From NCBI GenBank assembly GCA_964016885.1, contig OZ024747.1, positions 25,482,001 through 25,546,000 on the forward strand: a DNA stretch of 64,000 bases. The letters run 5' to 3'. Both the position numbers and the translations under genes were made by a program. The DNA is from Eledone cirrhosa. Its lineage: Eukaryota. Below, in pieces: positions 1 through 13,128 of the stretch (position 1 is its first letter; each line of letters opens with the position of its first letter). A model generated the notes under the pieces. It saw only the letters and a program-made list of their open reading frames with translations, did not search any database and had not been told where the DNA came from.

Positions 1-1915
1 TCCCCCAATTCAGCTAGAAATAAATAGGAACATTATTATTATTATTATTATTAAAACATTGTCATGACATTTAAATTATTACACATTTATAAGGATTGGC
101 AGAATTGGTAGAGTGTCAGATAAAATGCCATTGCAATATTTGTTCTGACTCTTTAGTTCCAAGTTCAAATCCTGCTGAGGTCAATTTTCCCTTTCATCCT
201 TCCAGGGTCAATAAAATAAATTACAAGTCAAATAATGGTTTTTAATTTAGGCACAAGGTTAGTAATTTGAAAAGGGAGGGGAAAGTCTAGCATCACTTCT
301 CTATAGTCAGCCAATGAACTTTTCAGCCTACCCCCATACTTGATCTGTAATGAATGACCCATGTAACCCATGCCAGCAATGGTTGGAGGAATGTATTGCA
401 ATATATTGTGTAGTACATAATATTTTACAAACAAGTGTTGATGAATCTTGGAAATTAGCTGTCCTTAGCATTTAGTGAAACAGGTTCTCTATCAAAATAA
501 CTTTATGTGGCTATATGAAACATTTACGAGCCTTGTGCATTGTAGTTATTTCTCAGTGGAGTAGTGTAGAATACATGTTGAACCTCTGTTGATTCCAACA
601 ATGAGTATTTCAGTTGTTAAAACAACGGAATAGCTTCCTCCTGAAATTGACATGTTAGTATCTGAGCATTCTGCAGACACATGCAACTTTAATGTAGTTC
701 CCAGGGAGCTTCTGCATGGAACCATTTGTCATAAAACTGGCTCCTTTGAATTACAGGTATGCGATTTTTATCAGTTAAGTGAACTGGGGTAACAGGAAAT
801 AAAGTATCTTGCTCAAGGACACAATGCCCCATCAGGAATCAACATCACAATCATGAGATGAAATGTAGACTATAGTGACCTTAGTAAATAACACTGGCTA
901 GATGTAACTTGCCATAGGTCTATATTTGGTTGAAGTAAACTTCTTTCTCTGGATAATTATTTATTTTGATTTCCAGTCGACTAATTTAGCTGCAGGAAAT
1001 TATTCTCAAAGTAAATGCTTCAATAAAGTTGGCAAGAAAATATTGTTTTAAAATCTAATGTTATTGATCTATTTAAGCAAAAATAGATTAGAAACATTTT
1101 TTTTTCTGGTTTTTCTTTCAACTATTTTGTTTTTTAGATAATAAAAATAGATTAAATCATAAAATAACTCATGAGAAAAGAATTAAAAAAAAAAACCTTG
1201 AAGCAAAATTGATGTTTTCTTTTTAAAATAAAAGTGTCATTCTTTTATATCTTTTGAATTTAATTCTTCCACATGAAAGCAGATTTGACAAATAATGGTT
1301 TGTGTTGGGCAGGGAATCCAGCTGTAACATTCTTTCCTCCAGTAAGACATTCATTATCAGATATTACTTACTTATAAAAATGTATGTAATCTCATTTACA
1401 TACACCAGATGATACAGTTAATGCCTTTTTCTCTCAGCGAACTTGTGTCCTACCTTTTATTCATGTTAACATTATGCTCACTTCATTTCTCTTCAACCTC
1501 TGCATACATTCTATATTCAGTACCTGTGTTTTATTTACTGCTACGTAGCATCACACATCCAATGCTACACACAGACTGTCTTTCACATAAATTTGTTGCC
1601 AACAGAAGCTACAACTTTGTAAGCTTCTTCAACCATTTCTGAACTCTTTTCATACCAAACTGCCTGAAGTCACCCTGGTTTTATAATACAGAAGTGCTTA
1701 TACATATATTAATATATTTCATCATAATTTTATTAAGAAATTTTAGTTAGGTAATGTTTGAAAAATCAGCTTTCTAATGAAATGGTTAGTTATTTTATAA
1801 AATTCTTCAAATGTTTAAAACCAATATACATAGTGTATTTCATTAGTAATATGGTAACAAAAGTATTGAAAATTTGCATATTTGGTGTTCTAGTTATATA
1901 AGTAAACAATTTGAT

Positions 1916-2543
1916 TATATATATATATATATATAAAACAGAGGATGTCTGTGTGTGTGTGAGAGTTTGAATCCTTAAAACTCGAGAAGTACCGAACCGA
2001 TTTTGTTGAAACTTTACATGTGTATTACTTATGTTTCAGGGAGTGTTATGCACATAAAAAATTCAACTTTTTGATCCCCTAGGACCCACATTAGGTGAAA
2101 ACTTGCATCTTTTCAGCTTTTTAGGGGTTTTTTGAGGCGTTACGTCAGACTGATTTCCTTGAAATTGTAACTATGTATTAGTCAATCTCTTCTTCATACC
2201 GCAAGCAAAGAAAATCCAACTTTTTTATGGCCTAGGGCTCGCATTAGGTGAAAAACTTCATTTTTTCAGCTTTTCAGGGCTTTTTTGAGGCATTACGTCT
2301 AGCCGATTTTCCCGAAATTTCAAGGCATATTATGCACATAAAAAAATTCATTTTCTTGATTCCCTAGGGCCCGCATTAGGTGAAAACCTGCCTTTTTCCT
2401 GCTTCATCGAGGAAAATCTTAAAGATTATCCAGTTTATTTTCTTTACATATTGTCCAGGCATGCAGTTTTTCCGCGATTAGGTCTGTTGGCGGCCCGTGT
2501 TCCAAAATACCTTATCCTATGCAATGCCGGTTACCACTGCTAG
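1916..2543 (+). mobile_element. Probable non-autonomous Helitron with three internal repeats of about 130-150 bp
   Basis: Starts TATATATAAAA...GATGTCTGTGTG and ends in a GC-rich subterminal segment GCAATGCCGGTTACCACTG-CTAG followed by T. CpG-richer than its flanks. The block TAGG...CATTAGGTGAAAA recurs at about 2081, 2233 and 2366. Confidence 0.6.
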
Positions 2544-3521
2544 TACTATATATTTCTAGAGTTAAGCATTTCATTACCATATTTCTAATGAAAGACACTG
2601 CCTTTTAAGATGGTATTTGAAAAACAGCTTAACTAATGTTTTTGCATAGAATTCTGCATAAATAACAATTTTAGACAGTTTAGTATGAAAAGGGTTAAAT
2701 AAATAACATTTAAAAAAAACAAGAGATATTTAATATAATTGTGGTATCTGGTTAATTGGATGGCCTGGAAGAAAAGTGCATTTTAAATCTATTATTTCAT
2801 ATTCAGCACATATATAGTTAGTTAGATAAAGGAAGAGTGGTGGTGGTGGTGGTGTGGGTGTGGAGGGAGGTCAATTGTTGGGTGGTGCATACAGTCATTA
2901 GTTGATAATTATTTTTCGACCTGAGGCTAAGATTTACAAATTTCCAAATTAACAATAGGAATCATTATGACTAAAATCCCGCCGAGGTTAACTTTGCCTT
3001 TCATCCTTACGGGGTCGATAAAATAAAGTACCAGTAATGCACTGGGTAATTGCTGGCCTTGTGCCAAATGTAGAAACAATTATGACTAATTCTATAAAAA
3101 AAAAGCCAAGGCCATAAGTCATTTGACACAAAGATCACAACTAATTTGGCACTGAGAAGGTCAAGGTCTTAAGTCAGTTGGAGCTGAAAAGTAATTTAAT
3201 GTGATAATAGATTTGTCGTAAAAAAGAGGTCATACCATAGGTAATGAATGTCAATATAGCCAGTCACCCTTCATGAGATTAGCAATGTCAAGGTTATGCT
3301 TCACAAGATTAACAATGACAAGATCAGTCTTTATGAGATCATCAATGCCAAAGTCACCACTATGAAATTAGCAATGTCATGGGCAATCTCTCTCACACCG
3401 AGGCCTGGAAACCCAAGACCATACAGCCATGGAATTATGATGCCTCAACTAAGATTATAAAAGACAAGGTCATTCTCCAAATATGGTAAAAAAAATGTTA
3501 AAAGTTTAGCAATTGACTTAC

Positions 3522-3619
3522 ATTGAATGGCATAGCTTGATAATAGAGCCGAGGTAGAATGAGGACATACCAGCCGACCTTCTAAAAGGTCCTTCTTTAA
3601 CTGGAGGAAGAAATGGTAT
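3522..3619 (-). CDS. PTPN4: PTPN4-like coding exon 5 (R-YHFFLQLKKDLLEGRLVCPHSTSALLSSYAIQ-S), FERM central lobe
   Basis: Poly-T tract plus ccAG acceptor, donor GTAAGT, 98 nt, phase 2/1. In a different frame from the ORF-track entry 3518-3727. Matches [33 protein letters not shown]. The next exon (ELGDY...) was not found in 1-3521. Confidence 0.92.
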
Positions 3620-3699
3620 CTGGAAAAAAAAAAAAAAAAAAAAAATGGTATGGAATGAAACTGAACGGAGTAGTATCTTTTTCTTCCTATTAAAAAAAG

Positions 3700-3926
3700 T
3701 TAACCCTTTAGCATTTAAACCGGCCATATCCGGTCAGAATTTTTACACTTATTTCTGTTTAAACCGGTTGTAACTGACCGTTCATACTGATGTTAAGGTA
3801 TTGTTCTCAAACTAAATAATATCAAAATCTCATAGACTCTACATTATGAGATAATTATGTGAGGTAAAGCCTTTACCACGGAAATATAATAGTAAATATA
3901 GAGTAATGTAAATGCTAAAGAGCTAA
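3700..3926. mobile_element. piggyBac-like MITE family A (about 200-230 bp)
   Basis: TTAA-CCCTTTAGCATTTA...TAAATGCTAAAG terminal inverted repeats. Other copies at about 15219-15419, 21805-22033, 37092-37267, 46752-47029, 48875-49033 and 56070-57421. Confidence 0.75.
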
Positions 3927-3944
3927 TGTCTGCTCCATACACAT

Positions 3945-4090
3945 CAGGCTTCTGCAGTTTGTGTATACCAAATTTCATTCACAAGGCATTAGTTGGCCTG
4001 ATTAGAAGACACTTGTGTATGGTGCCACATAGTGGCACTGAACCTGAAACCATGTGGTTGCGAAGTGAACTCCTTAACCACACAGCTATT
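3945..4090 (-). mobile_element. Third tRNA-derived SINE family (AAGTGTCTTCT...CCTTGTGAATGAAATTTGGTA...AAACTGCAGAAGCC)
   Basis: tRNA-like head GCTGTGTGGTTAAG...GGTTCAG. Related copies at about 37560-37695(+) and 47110-47270(-). Resembles known octopus SINEs (recollection). Confidence 0.65.
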
Positions 4091-6507
4091 ATTCATAGTA
4101 GCTACAGGGCGGTGTATTGGCAGTATTGGTAAAGCATCAGACAACATGTTTTGCAGCATATTGTTACGGTCCTTTACGTTCTGAGTTCAAATCCCACTAG
4201 GGTTAGCTTTGTCTTTCATCCTTACGGGGGTTGATAAAATAAATTACCAGTAACACACGGGGGTCAATTTAATCGACTTTCCCCCTCCCCAAAAATTGTT
4301 GGTCTTGTTCCTAAATCAGAAACCATTGGCAGTATTGGTAGAATGTCAGACACTATCCTTTGCAGCATTGCTTTGCAGCATAGAGTTATGGCCCTTTATG
4401 TTCTGAGTTTAAATCCCGCCGAGGTTAGCTTTGCCTTTCATCCTTATGGGGTCGATAAAATAAAGCACCAGTAATGCACTGGGGAAATTGCTGGCCTTGT
4501 GTCAAAAGTAGAAACAATTATTTATAGTAGCTACACCTATTGAAATTTAATCTTAACTAATAGTATGCAGAGATCTCTCCAATCACAAAGCCTGTATCAA
4601 CTTGCAAAATGTGCTGCACTGCACACTGGAGTGCAGATTCAACAAATACTCAAGTATTGCTGGAGACTGTTGATAACTCAGAGAATACAAAAAACTGCCT
4701 GCTTCTTCAATGCAAATATTTCTTTAAAATATAACTTTAAAAAACGTAACTTTAAAAATATGAAATAATTGAAAATAAACAAACCTATCATCTTAATATG
4801 CAAATATTAGGCAATCGAGAAAAAGGGGGAAAAAATCTGCAGCTTTGAAAATATAAAAACTAAAAGTAAGAGTAAAAAAATAAATAAATAAAATATATAT
4901 TGTGTTCTTTCTGTTTAATGCTAATTCTACTAATCAACCATATTTCAAGAACATTTTTATTTTCAAATTATATTCACCAATTCCATATTGATTCTTTCAT
5001 CTTGTTTGCAAATGAAATCAAGAAGTTGTAAGAAGGAAAAGAAAATATCTCACATGTACCAAGCAAAATATAAAGTATAAAATACCAAGAAAATAAAAAA
5101 AGAGAGAGAGGGAAAAATGGCAAATTTTACTGAAAGATGTTTTATAAGAAAGCCTTTTATGAAGAAAATAGAAGAAAAAATGTAAAGAAATTGAAAGAAA
5201 AAGAAAGCTCTCTAGTTGTTTGATACTATATAACAGCAAATGATAGAAACCTTTGCCTATTTTTCTTCTTTCCTTCTTTCTTTAATAATGCTTTTACATG
5301 TGTTTTCTTCCATATATTAGCATGGATTGGGTGGTTCAGCAAATTTAGATATTTATATAAATTATAGAAAATAGATACATTGATACAAACTATATGCCCT
5401 TTTTTACACTGTCTTTTTATTGTTTTCTCTCAATACTATCAACATACACCTGCTTTTTGTTGCTGTTATTATTCTTTTAGTCAGAGAAAATATAGTTTCC
5501 ATGATAATTTGTTAATATGTGCTCCAGATTCCAATGTTTTCCATCTGCAAAGCAGACACTCTTCTTTATTGAAAAATTTCCAGATTTTTCCTGAGTTATA
5601 CTGTAGAAGCAACAACATGAATAGCGTCAGAATCTATTGTACTAGCTGATACAATATTACCCATGTTAGCACTGGCATATTATATACAGAATCCTCCATA
5701 TGACTTCACAAATATATTTACACTGAATATGGTACTATTCATTACTACATTCCTTTCTATGACTATGATGTTTAGATAGTTTTGACTTCATAGATATCAT
5801 ATTTACAATGATTAGAGCACTGATATTATCTCTTTTGTTACCCTATTTCTAATGAAAGACACTGCCTATAATTTACTCATTATTAAGCTGGTGTTTGAAT
5901 CATAACTCAACAAAGGTTCCTACATAAAATTACGATGGAATGTTTAAATGTAAATATAAATGCTAATAAGTTGTTTTGTATCTTAGAACCAGAGGTGGTT
6001 TGGTATGAAGAGAGTCAACCATTTTGTTACCATATTTCTAATGAAAGAAACTGACTATGATTTTCAAATAGTTTTGAAAATAATCAAGAATCTGGAGGTT
6101 ATTCAGTAATATAATTAACTTTCTCATTATTAAACCAGTGTTTAGAACAGGTATGGTCAACCTTTTACGTGCAATGGGCCACATAGTATATGGCTCATCA
6201 TAAGGTGAGCCACACTGCTAAAACATTAGTATAATCTCTTCATGTCTATCAATTTCATAGATATCTGTTCTCTCCACCCACCTCTATTTTACCAATAAAT
6301 CAATAATAGTATTGAGAAGTGATAAGCTCCTAGCAGGTTCATTTCTCAGGCCAACCACTACAATCCACTTATTCTTATAATTATGATTTCTGGTTATAAT
6401 TGCCTCATAAAGGATGACTTTCATCATCATTGTTTTTTTTAACCATTTCTTTACCCTATTTCTAATGAAAGACAATGTGTTTATAATTTTCAAATCATTT
6501 TGAAAGC

Positions 6508-6611
<104 letters not shown>

Positions 6612-6625
6612 TTGTAGATACATAC

Positions 6626-6701
6626 CTAGTATATTCTTCACCAAGTTTACTGGGGTCGGACACATAGAATTTCACTCGAAAATAAAACTCGTATGTTGGA
6701 C
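6626..6701 (-). CDS. PTPN4: PTPN4-like coding exon 4 (GPTYEFYFRVKFYVSDPSKLGEEYTR)
   Basis: Acceptor ttttAG, donor GTATGT, 76 nt, phase 1/2. Matches FRVKFFVSDPNKLQEEYTR of PTPN4. Confidence 0.92.
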
Positions 6702-6789
6702 CTAAAATAAAAAAGAAACTAGTTTTAACAGTGGCAGCAGCGATATCAATTTCAAAGTTTGTTTCACTTGCAATGTTGGTATATAATGG

Positions 6790-7090
6790 ACAGGTCAGCC
6801 ACAAAATCTCTATGTATAGACTGGATTGGTCAGTAACAAAACCTATCTATATGTATAGAGTAAATTGGTCAACCACAAAACCTATCTATATGTACAGAGT
6901 GAATTAGTCAGTAACAAAACCTATCTATATGTACAGAGTGACTTGATCAGTAATAAAACCTATTTATATGTATAGAGTGGAGTGGTCAACCACAAAACCT
7001 ATCTATATGTATAGAGTAGACTGGTCAGTGACAAAACCAATCTATACGTAGTGAGTGAACTGGTCAACCACAAAACCTATCTAAATGTAT
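6790..7090. repeat. Minisatellite, unit about 39-40 bp (GGTCAACCACAAAACCTATCTATATGTATAGAGTGAATT), 7-8 diverged copies
   Basis: Direct reading. Confidence 0.9.
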
Positions 7091-7701
7091 CAGATTTGGA
7101 GCTAGTACTTATAGGAATCTAGTTTTCTTAACAGTAACTTGATAATACAACATTAAGTGGTGAACATTTAAATTCTTTACTTTCAGAAATAGTAAAAACT
7201 TCTTTTCTGGGTACACAACAGCATAAATTTTGTAGTTGGGCCCAAAAGTTACTTGAAAATATCAATTAAAAAAGGTGAGAAATTGGCAGAGCAGTTAGAA
7301 TTTCAGAATGCTTTGTTGTATTCATTTTGACTCTCTACCTTTCATTATTTCAAGCTTGGATTGGCAGTATCGGTAGAGGGTCGGACGTCATGCTTTGATG
7401 CATAGAGTTACGGCCCTTGCCATTCTGAGTTCAAATCCCGCTGTGGTTAACAGTAATTCACTGGGTAATTGCTGGCCTTGTGCCAAAAGTAGAAACAATT
7501 ATTTCAAGCTTGATGAAAAAAAGTACCAGTATTAGGGTCGATTCTTCCCCTATATCTACTCTCACTCAGTCACTCCCCCAATGGAAGAAATTGGCTGTAA
7601 TCAGACGTGGAGTTACACGTCCACACATACATATCTCTTAAATAACAATATGTCAGATCCTGTACTTTACAAATATGAATGCATTAGTGGGGTTCTAAAT
7701 G

Positions 7702-7732
<31 letters not shown>

Positions 7733-8445
7733 TCCCCTGTAATATTTGATATCCTCTAAGGAAATTGTCTCTACAGACACAACAATTTCTTCTGACATTA
7801 AGAAAACAATCAACTCAACACTCCTCCCAACAAACAAACAACTCTTGTAGTCCAGGTTCTTGGATATATGGGTGTGTGTTAAACTAAGGGTAATTGACCT
7901 CCATGAAATAAGCGACATCATGATACGATTAGTTCTGAATTTGATATCAGACCTAATTTTGTGGCACACCAGTAACTATCTGTGCCAAATGGAAGTGAAC
8001 ATACTGAGTTTAAGATGTCTGAAATATAAGGAGTTAGTTAGATAGAGAATTCAAAAGGTGAAGCACTTAATACTGTTATTATGCGATAAGGTAACGATAA
8101 CTAATTCCTGTTTGAAAATAAATGATCAGTTATTTCAGTGATGACATATCACACACCTTGAAAATTCAGATTGAGGGTGCAGAGAGTCACTGAATATTTA
8201 GACTGTTGTATCAATTGGAGTGACTATGCTTTTTTTTTTTTTTTTTTTGTAAATTATTTAATATTTGCTTTTTTTAATTTTATCAAACTGTTAAATTATG
8301 CTAGATTTTGTCAGCAGGGTTCTGATGAGTAAGACCATAACAATTTTGATCATAAGTCTTCATAATCAAGGGTGGCCTAGGGATAAACAACAACTACATG
8401 ATAATGAAATAATACATTAAAAATAGGTAAATGAAGGTGGATTAC

Positions 8446-8488
8446 CTCTGCATTGTTTCTTCACTGTTTTCAAAGGATCAACCCATCT
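8446..8488 (-). CDS. PTPN4: PTPN4-like coding exon 3 (RWVDPLKTVKKQCR-G)
   Basis: Acceptor ttttcAG, donor GTAATC, 43 nt, phase 0/1. FERM motif RW-x-DP-x-K-xx-KKQ. Confidence 0.9.
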
Positions 8489-8964
8489 CTGAAAAAGACC
8501 AGAAAACTGTTGTATCATACTTATATTGGTTTTAATTCTCAATGTTGATATGATTTCAGCACTGTTATTATTATGAAGGAAAAGAAATTTACAGCTCACA
8601 CCTATCTAGGTTTAGTTGATCTCCTACAAGGTTCATAAGAGGTTTCTTATAATCAGTCAGTATCTAGAATCTAACTAACTTTTTCATTAAACTGGTGTTG
8701 GAACATAACTTAACCAAGGTTCTTACATAAAATATTGATGGATGGTTTATAAATAAATATAAACACTTTAAATATGCTATTGAATAGATTGATGGGGATT
8801 TGACTGCTTCTAGGACAACCATGTTTTTTGGCTCATTTATTTGAAATGGCAGAAATTTTTTGAACTACTTACAATAATGATTATGTTAAACAACAACATT
8901 GCTGTCACTACCACACTCATTACTGTCACCACTACCACTGCTTCTGCCTTCATCTCTACATCAA

Positions 8965-9255
8965 CATCACTACCTACACCATCACCACTGCCACCACCAC
9001 TACCACCATTACCAACACCTACATAACCATCCCGAGTACTACCACTACCACCCTCACATCCATCACTACCTACACCATCACCAGTGCCACCACCACTACT
9101 ACCATTACCAACACCTACATAACCATCCCGAGTACTACCACTACCACCCTCACATCCATCACTACCTACACCATCACCAGTGCCACCACCACTACCACCA
9201 TTACCAACACCTACATAACCATCCTGAGTACTACCACTACCACCCTCACATCCAC
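8965..9255. repeat. 96-bp tandem repeat x3, CAC/TAC-rich
   Basis: Unit starts at 8965, 9061 and 9157. Confidence 0.93.
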
Positions 9256-10317
9256 CACTACCATGATCATCACCACTGCCACCACATGTGGTAAGCATTA
9301 TGATGGAGGGAAAGTGACAGTCCTTTATTAATGAAGTTTATGACCCAGTTTTGATGGCTGTATTGAAATAACTTTCCTTATACCGTTAATGGTTTTTTTT
9401 CTTTTCAAAAGAGAGGCATGATTATAAAAAAAAAAGCCAATTTCCTTCTTAATAAGAAATTCGAGGCATAACACTTATGTAATAAGTAGATTCTTCTTAT
9501 TGAAATAAGTAGATTCTAGATACTGACTGATTATATAAAATGTACTTAATCTCTTAGCCAAATAAATATTTTTATAGGGAAAGTGTTGAAAGGACTCGTA
9601 GTTGCGTCAAGGATATGACAACCTTCCTAGTGCTGGTGCTATGAAAAAATGCACCCAGTACACTACTGTGTAAAATGGTTGGTGATAAGAAGAGCATTCA
9701 GTTATAGAAATGATGCCAAACAAAGAACCAAGAGATCTTAATGTTGTGCCAAGGACATAACGATCAACCTCCCTAGTGCTGGTGCTACAATAAAATGCAC
9801 CCAGTCAACTTTGTAAAGTGGATTGTGTTGGGATGGAATTCCAGTTGTAGAAACCAAGCCAAAACTGGAAATGTATGTAGGCAAGGTGTTGGCTTCTTGT
9901 CCCTATTTGAGGACAGTAGCTCCGATCATGTACAGATCTGGTCAGTAACCCATCCCACCCTCCCCGGCATGGAAAAATAGATGTTAAATAATGATGATGA
10001 TGAGTTGACATTAATGTTGAAAGAACATTCCTTACTTAGATTTTCACGTTTTTAATGTAAAGACAACCATATTTCTAATGTAAGACACTACCTATGATAT
10101 CAAAAAAAAACAAACAAAAAAAAACCGACAATTTGGAGGCATTTAATAATTGTTTTTACTTTTGGCACAAGGCCAGCAATTATTTCAGTGCATTATTGGT
10201 ACTTTATTTTATTGACCTTGTAAGGATGAAAGGTAAAGTTAACCTCAGCGGGATTTGAACTCAGACCACAAAGTGCCGTAATTCCTCATACTATTTATAT
10301 TTATCTTTCTATAACTT

Positions 10318-10630
10318 CAGTGTGAGAAGTGCCATGATTTATGAGAGTGAGACATGGCAGATGAACATGAAGCAACAAAGAAGGCTGGAAAGATCAAAAG
10401 AGAAAAGTCTATGCTACATGTGTGGGAAGTACCATGCTTTATGGTAGTGAGACATTATTAATGAACATGGAGCAGGAGAAAGAGCTGGAAACCTCAGAAG
10501 GGAAAGGTGTATGCTGCATGTGTGAGAAGTACCATGATTTATTGGAGTAAGAGATGGCTGATGAACATGGAGCAACCCAGACAACTGGAAAGAATGGAAA
10601 TCAGAGAAGTTCATTGGATGAGTGGAATAT
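10318..10630 (+). pseudogene. Decayed, internally duplicated RTE ORF C-terminal fragment
   Basis: [17 protein letters not shown]...[15 protein letters not shown] is homologous to LYDACIRTAMLHGSETW...RLERNEACMLRWMCN of the intact element. TGTGAGAAGT-x-CCATG recurs three times. Confidence 0.65.
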
Positions 10631-10678
10631 TCTCCATATATATTCTACATATATATACATATACACATATACATATAC

Positions 10679-10711
<33 letters not shown>

Positions 10712-10774
10712 CATATATATATACATATACATATACATATATATATATACATATACATATATATATACATATAC

Positions 10775-10810
<36 letters not shown>

Positions 10811-11442
10811 ATACATATATATACATATACATATATACATACATATATATACATATATATACATATACATATATATACATATATATACATATACATATAT
10901 ATACATATACATATATATACATATACATATATATACATATACATATATATACATATATATACATATACATATACATATATACATATACATATATACATAT
11001 ACATATATACATATACACATATACATATACATATATACATATACACATATACATATACATATATATACATATACATATATATACATATACATATATATAC
11101 ATATACATATATATACATATACATATATACATATACATATATACATATACACATATACATATACACATATACATATATACATATACATATATATACATAT
11201 ATATACATATATATATACATATATATATATACATATACATATATATATATACATATACATATATACATATACATATATATATATACATATACATATATAT
11301 ATATACATATATATACATATATACATATATATACATATATATATATATATACATATATACATATATATATATACATATATATACATATATATACATATAT
11401 ATATATATATACATATATACATATATATACATATATATACAC

Positions 11443-11505
<63 letters not shown>

Positions 11506-11535
11506 CATATATATATATATATACATATATATACA

Positions 11536-11569
<34 letters not shown>

Positions 11570-11664
11570 CATATATATACATATATACATATATATACAT
11601 ATATATACATATATACATATATATACATATATATACATATATATACATATATATATATATATAC

Positions 11665-11801
<137 letters not shown>

Positions 11802-11972
11802 CATATACATATATATACATATACATATATATACATATATATATACATATACATATATATATACATATACATATACATATATATACATATACATATATAT
11901 ACATATATACACATATATACATACATATATACATATACATATATATATATATACATATATACATATATATAC

Positions 11973-12061
<89 letters not shown>

Positions 12062-12110
12062 CATATATATATAATATAAGATCAAAAGATGGTTAAAGGA
12101 GTTGCATGTA

Positions 12111-12177
12111 TTTTATTATGCGCATTTCAAAAACAAACATCATCATGCAATAATATTTGTGTTTTCATCAGATAAAA
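12111..12177 (-). ncRNA. Type I hammerhead ribozyme motif, copy 1
   Basis: Minus strand: UUUUAU-CUGAUGA-[36-nt hairpin, 15 of 16 positions paired including G:U]-GAAA-UGCGCA-UA^AUAAAA. Complete core, 6-bp stem I, palindromic AUGCGCAU stem III, AUA cleavage triplet. Confidence 0.75.
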
Positions 12178-12409
12178 CAGGAGAACATGATATGAAGGCT
12201 ATATTATGTATACTCCAGTCCTACAAACTGTAGAGTGCTTCTTATCCGATATCTGCATTGCTTTATTGTACTACAATAAAACTCACCTCCTACATATACA
12301 TATATATATATATACATATACATATATATATATACATATACATACATATACATATACATACATATATATACATATACATACATATACATATACATACATA
12401 TATATATAC

Positions 12410-12442
<33 letters not shown>

Positions 12443-12493
12443 CATATATATACATATATATATACATATATATATATATACATATATATATAC

Positions 12494-12524
<31 letters not shown>

Positions 12525-12596
12525 CATACATATATATATATATACATATATATATACATATATATATACATATATATATATATACATACATATACA

Positions 12597-12630
<34 letters not shown>

Positions 12631-12635
12631 CACAC

Positions 12636-12668
<33 letters not shown>

Positions 12669-12723
12669 CATATATATATACATATAATATAAGATCAAAA
12701 GATGGTTAAAGGAGTTGCATGTA

Positions 12724-12790
12724 TTTTATTATGCGCATTTCAAAAACAAACATCATCATGCAATAATATTTGTGTTTTCATCAGATAAAA
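12724..12790 (-). ncRNA. Type I hammerhead ribozyme motif, copy 2
   Basis: Identical core to copy 1, 613 nt away. The single difference between the 133-bp repeats (just outside these coordinates) extends stem I to 8 Watson-Crick pairs. Confidence 0.75.
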
Positions 12791-12913
12791 TAGGAGAACA
12801 TGATATGAAGGCTATACATATACATATATACATATATATATATACATATACATATATATATATACATATACATATATATATATACATATATACATATATA
12901 TATACATATATAC

Positions 12914-13128
<215 letters not shown>

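Larger units (their letters stand above)
12071..12816 (-). mobile_element. Retrozyme/Penelope-like unit: 133-bp direct repeats (12071-12203, 12684-12816), each carrying a hammerhead
   Basis: The two 133-bp copies differ at one base. They are separated by about 88 bp of unique sequence plus about 390 bp of TA/CA microsatellite, and the whole unit sits inside a microsatellite. Confidence 0.55.

Noticed and set aside
8837-9298. Gly-rich (minus) and His-rich (plus) ORFs resembling structural proteins
   Set aside because: Products of a 96-bp CAC/TAC-rich tandem repeat that is open in several frames. The FERM exons flanking it join in phase without it.
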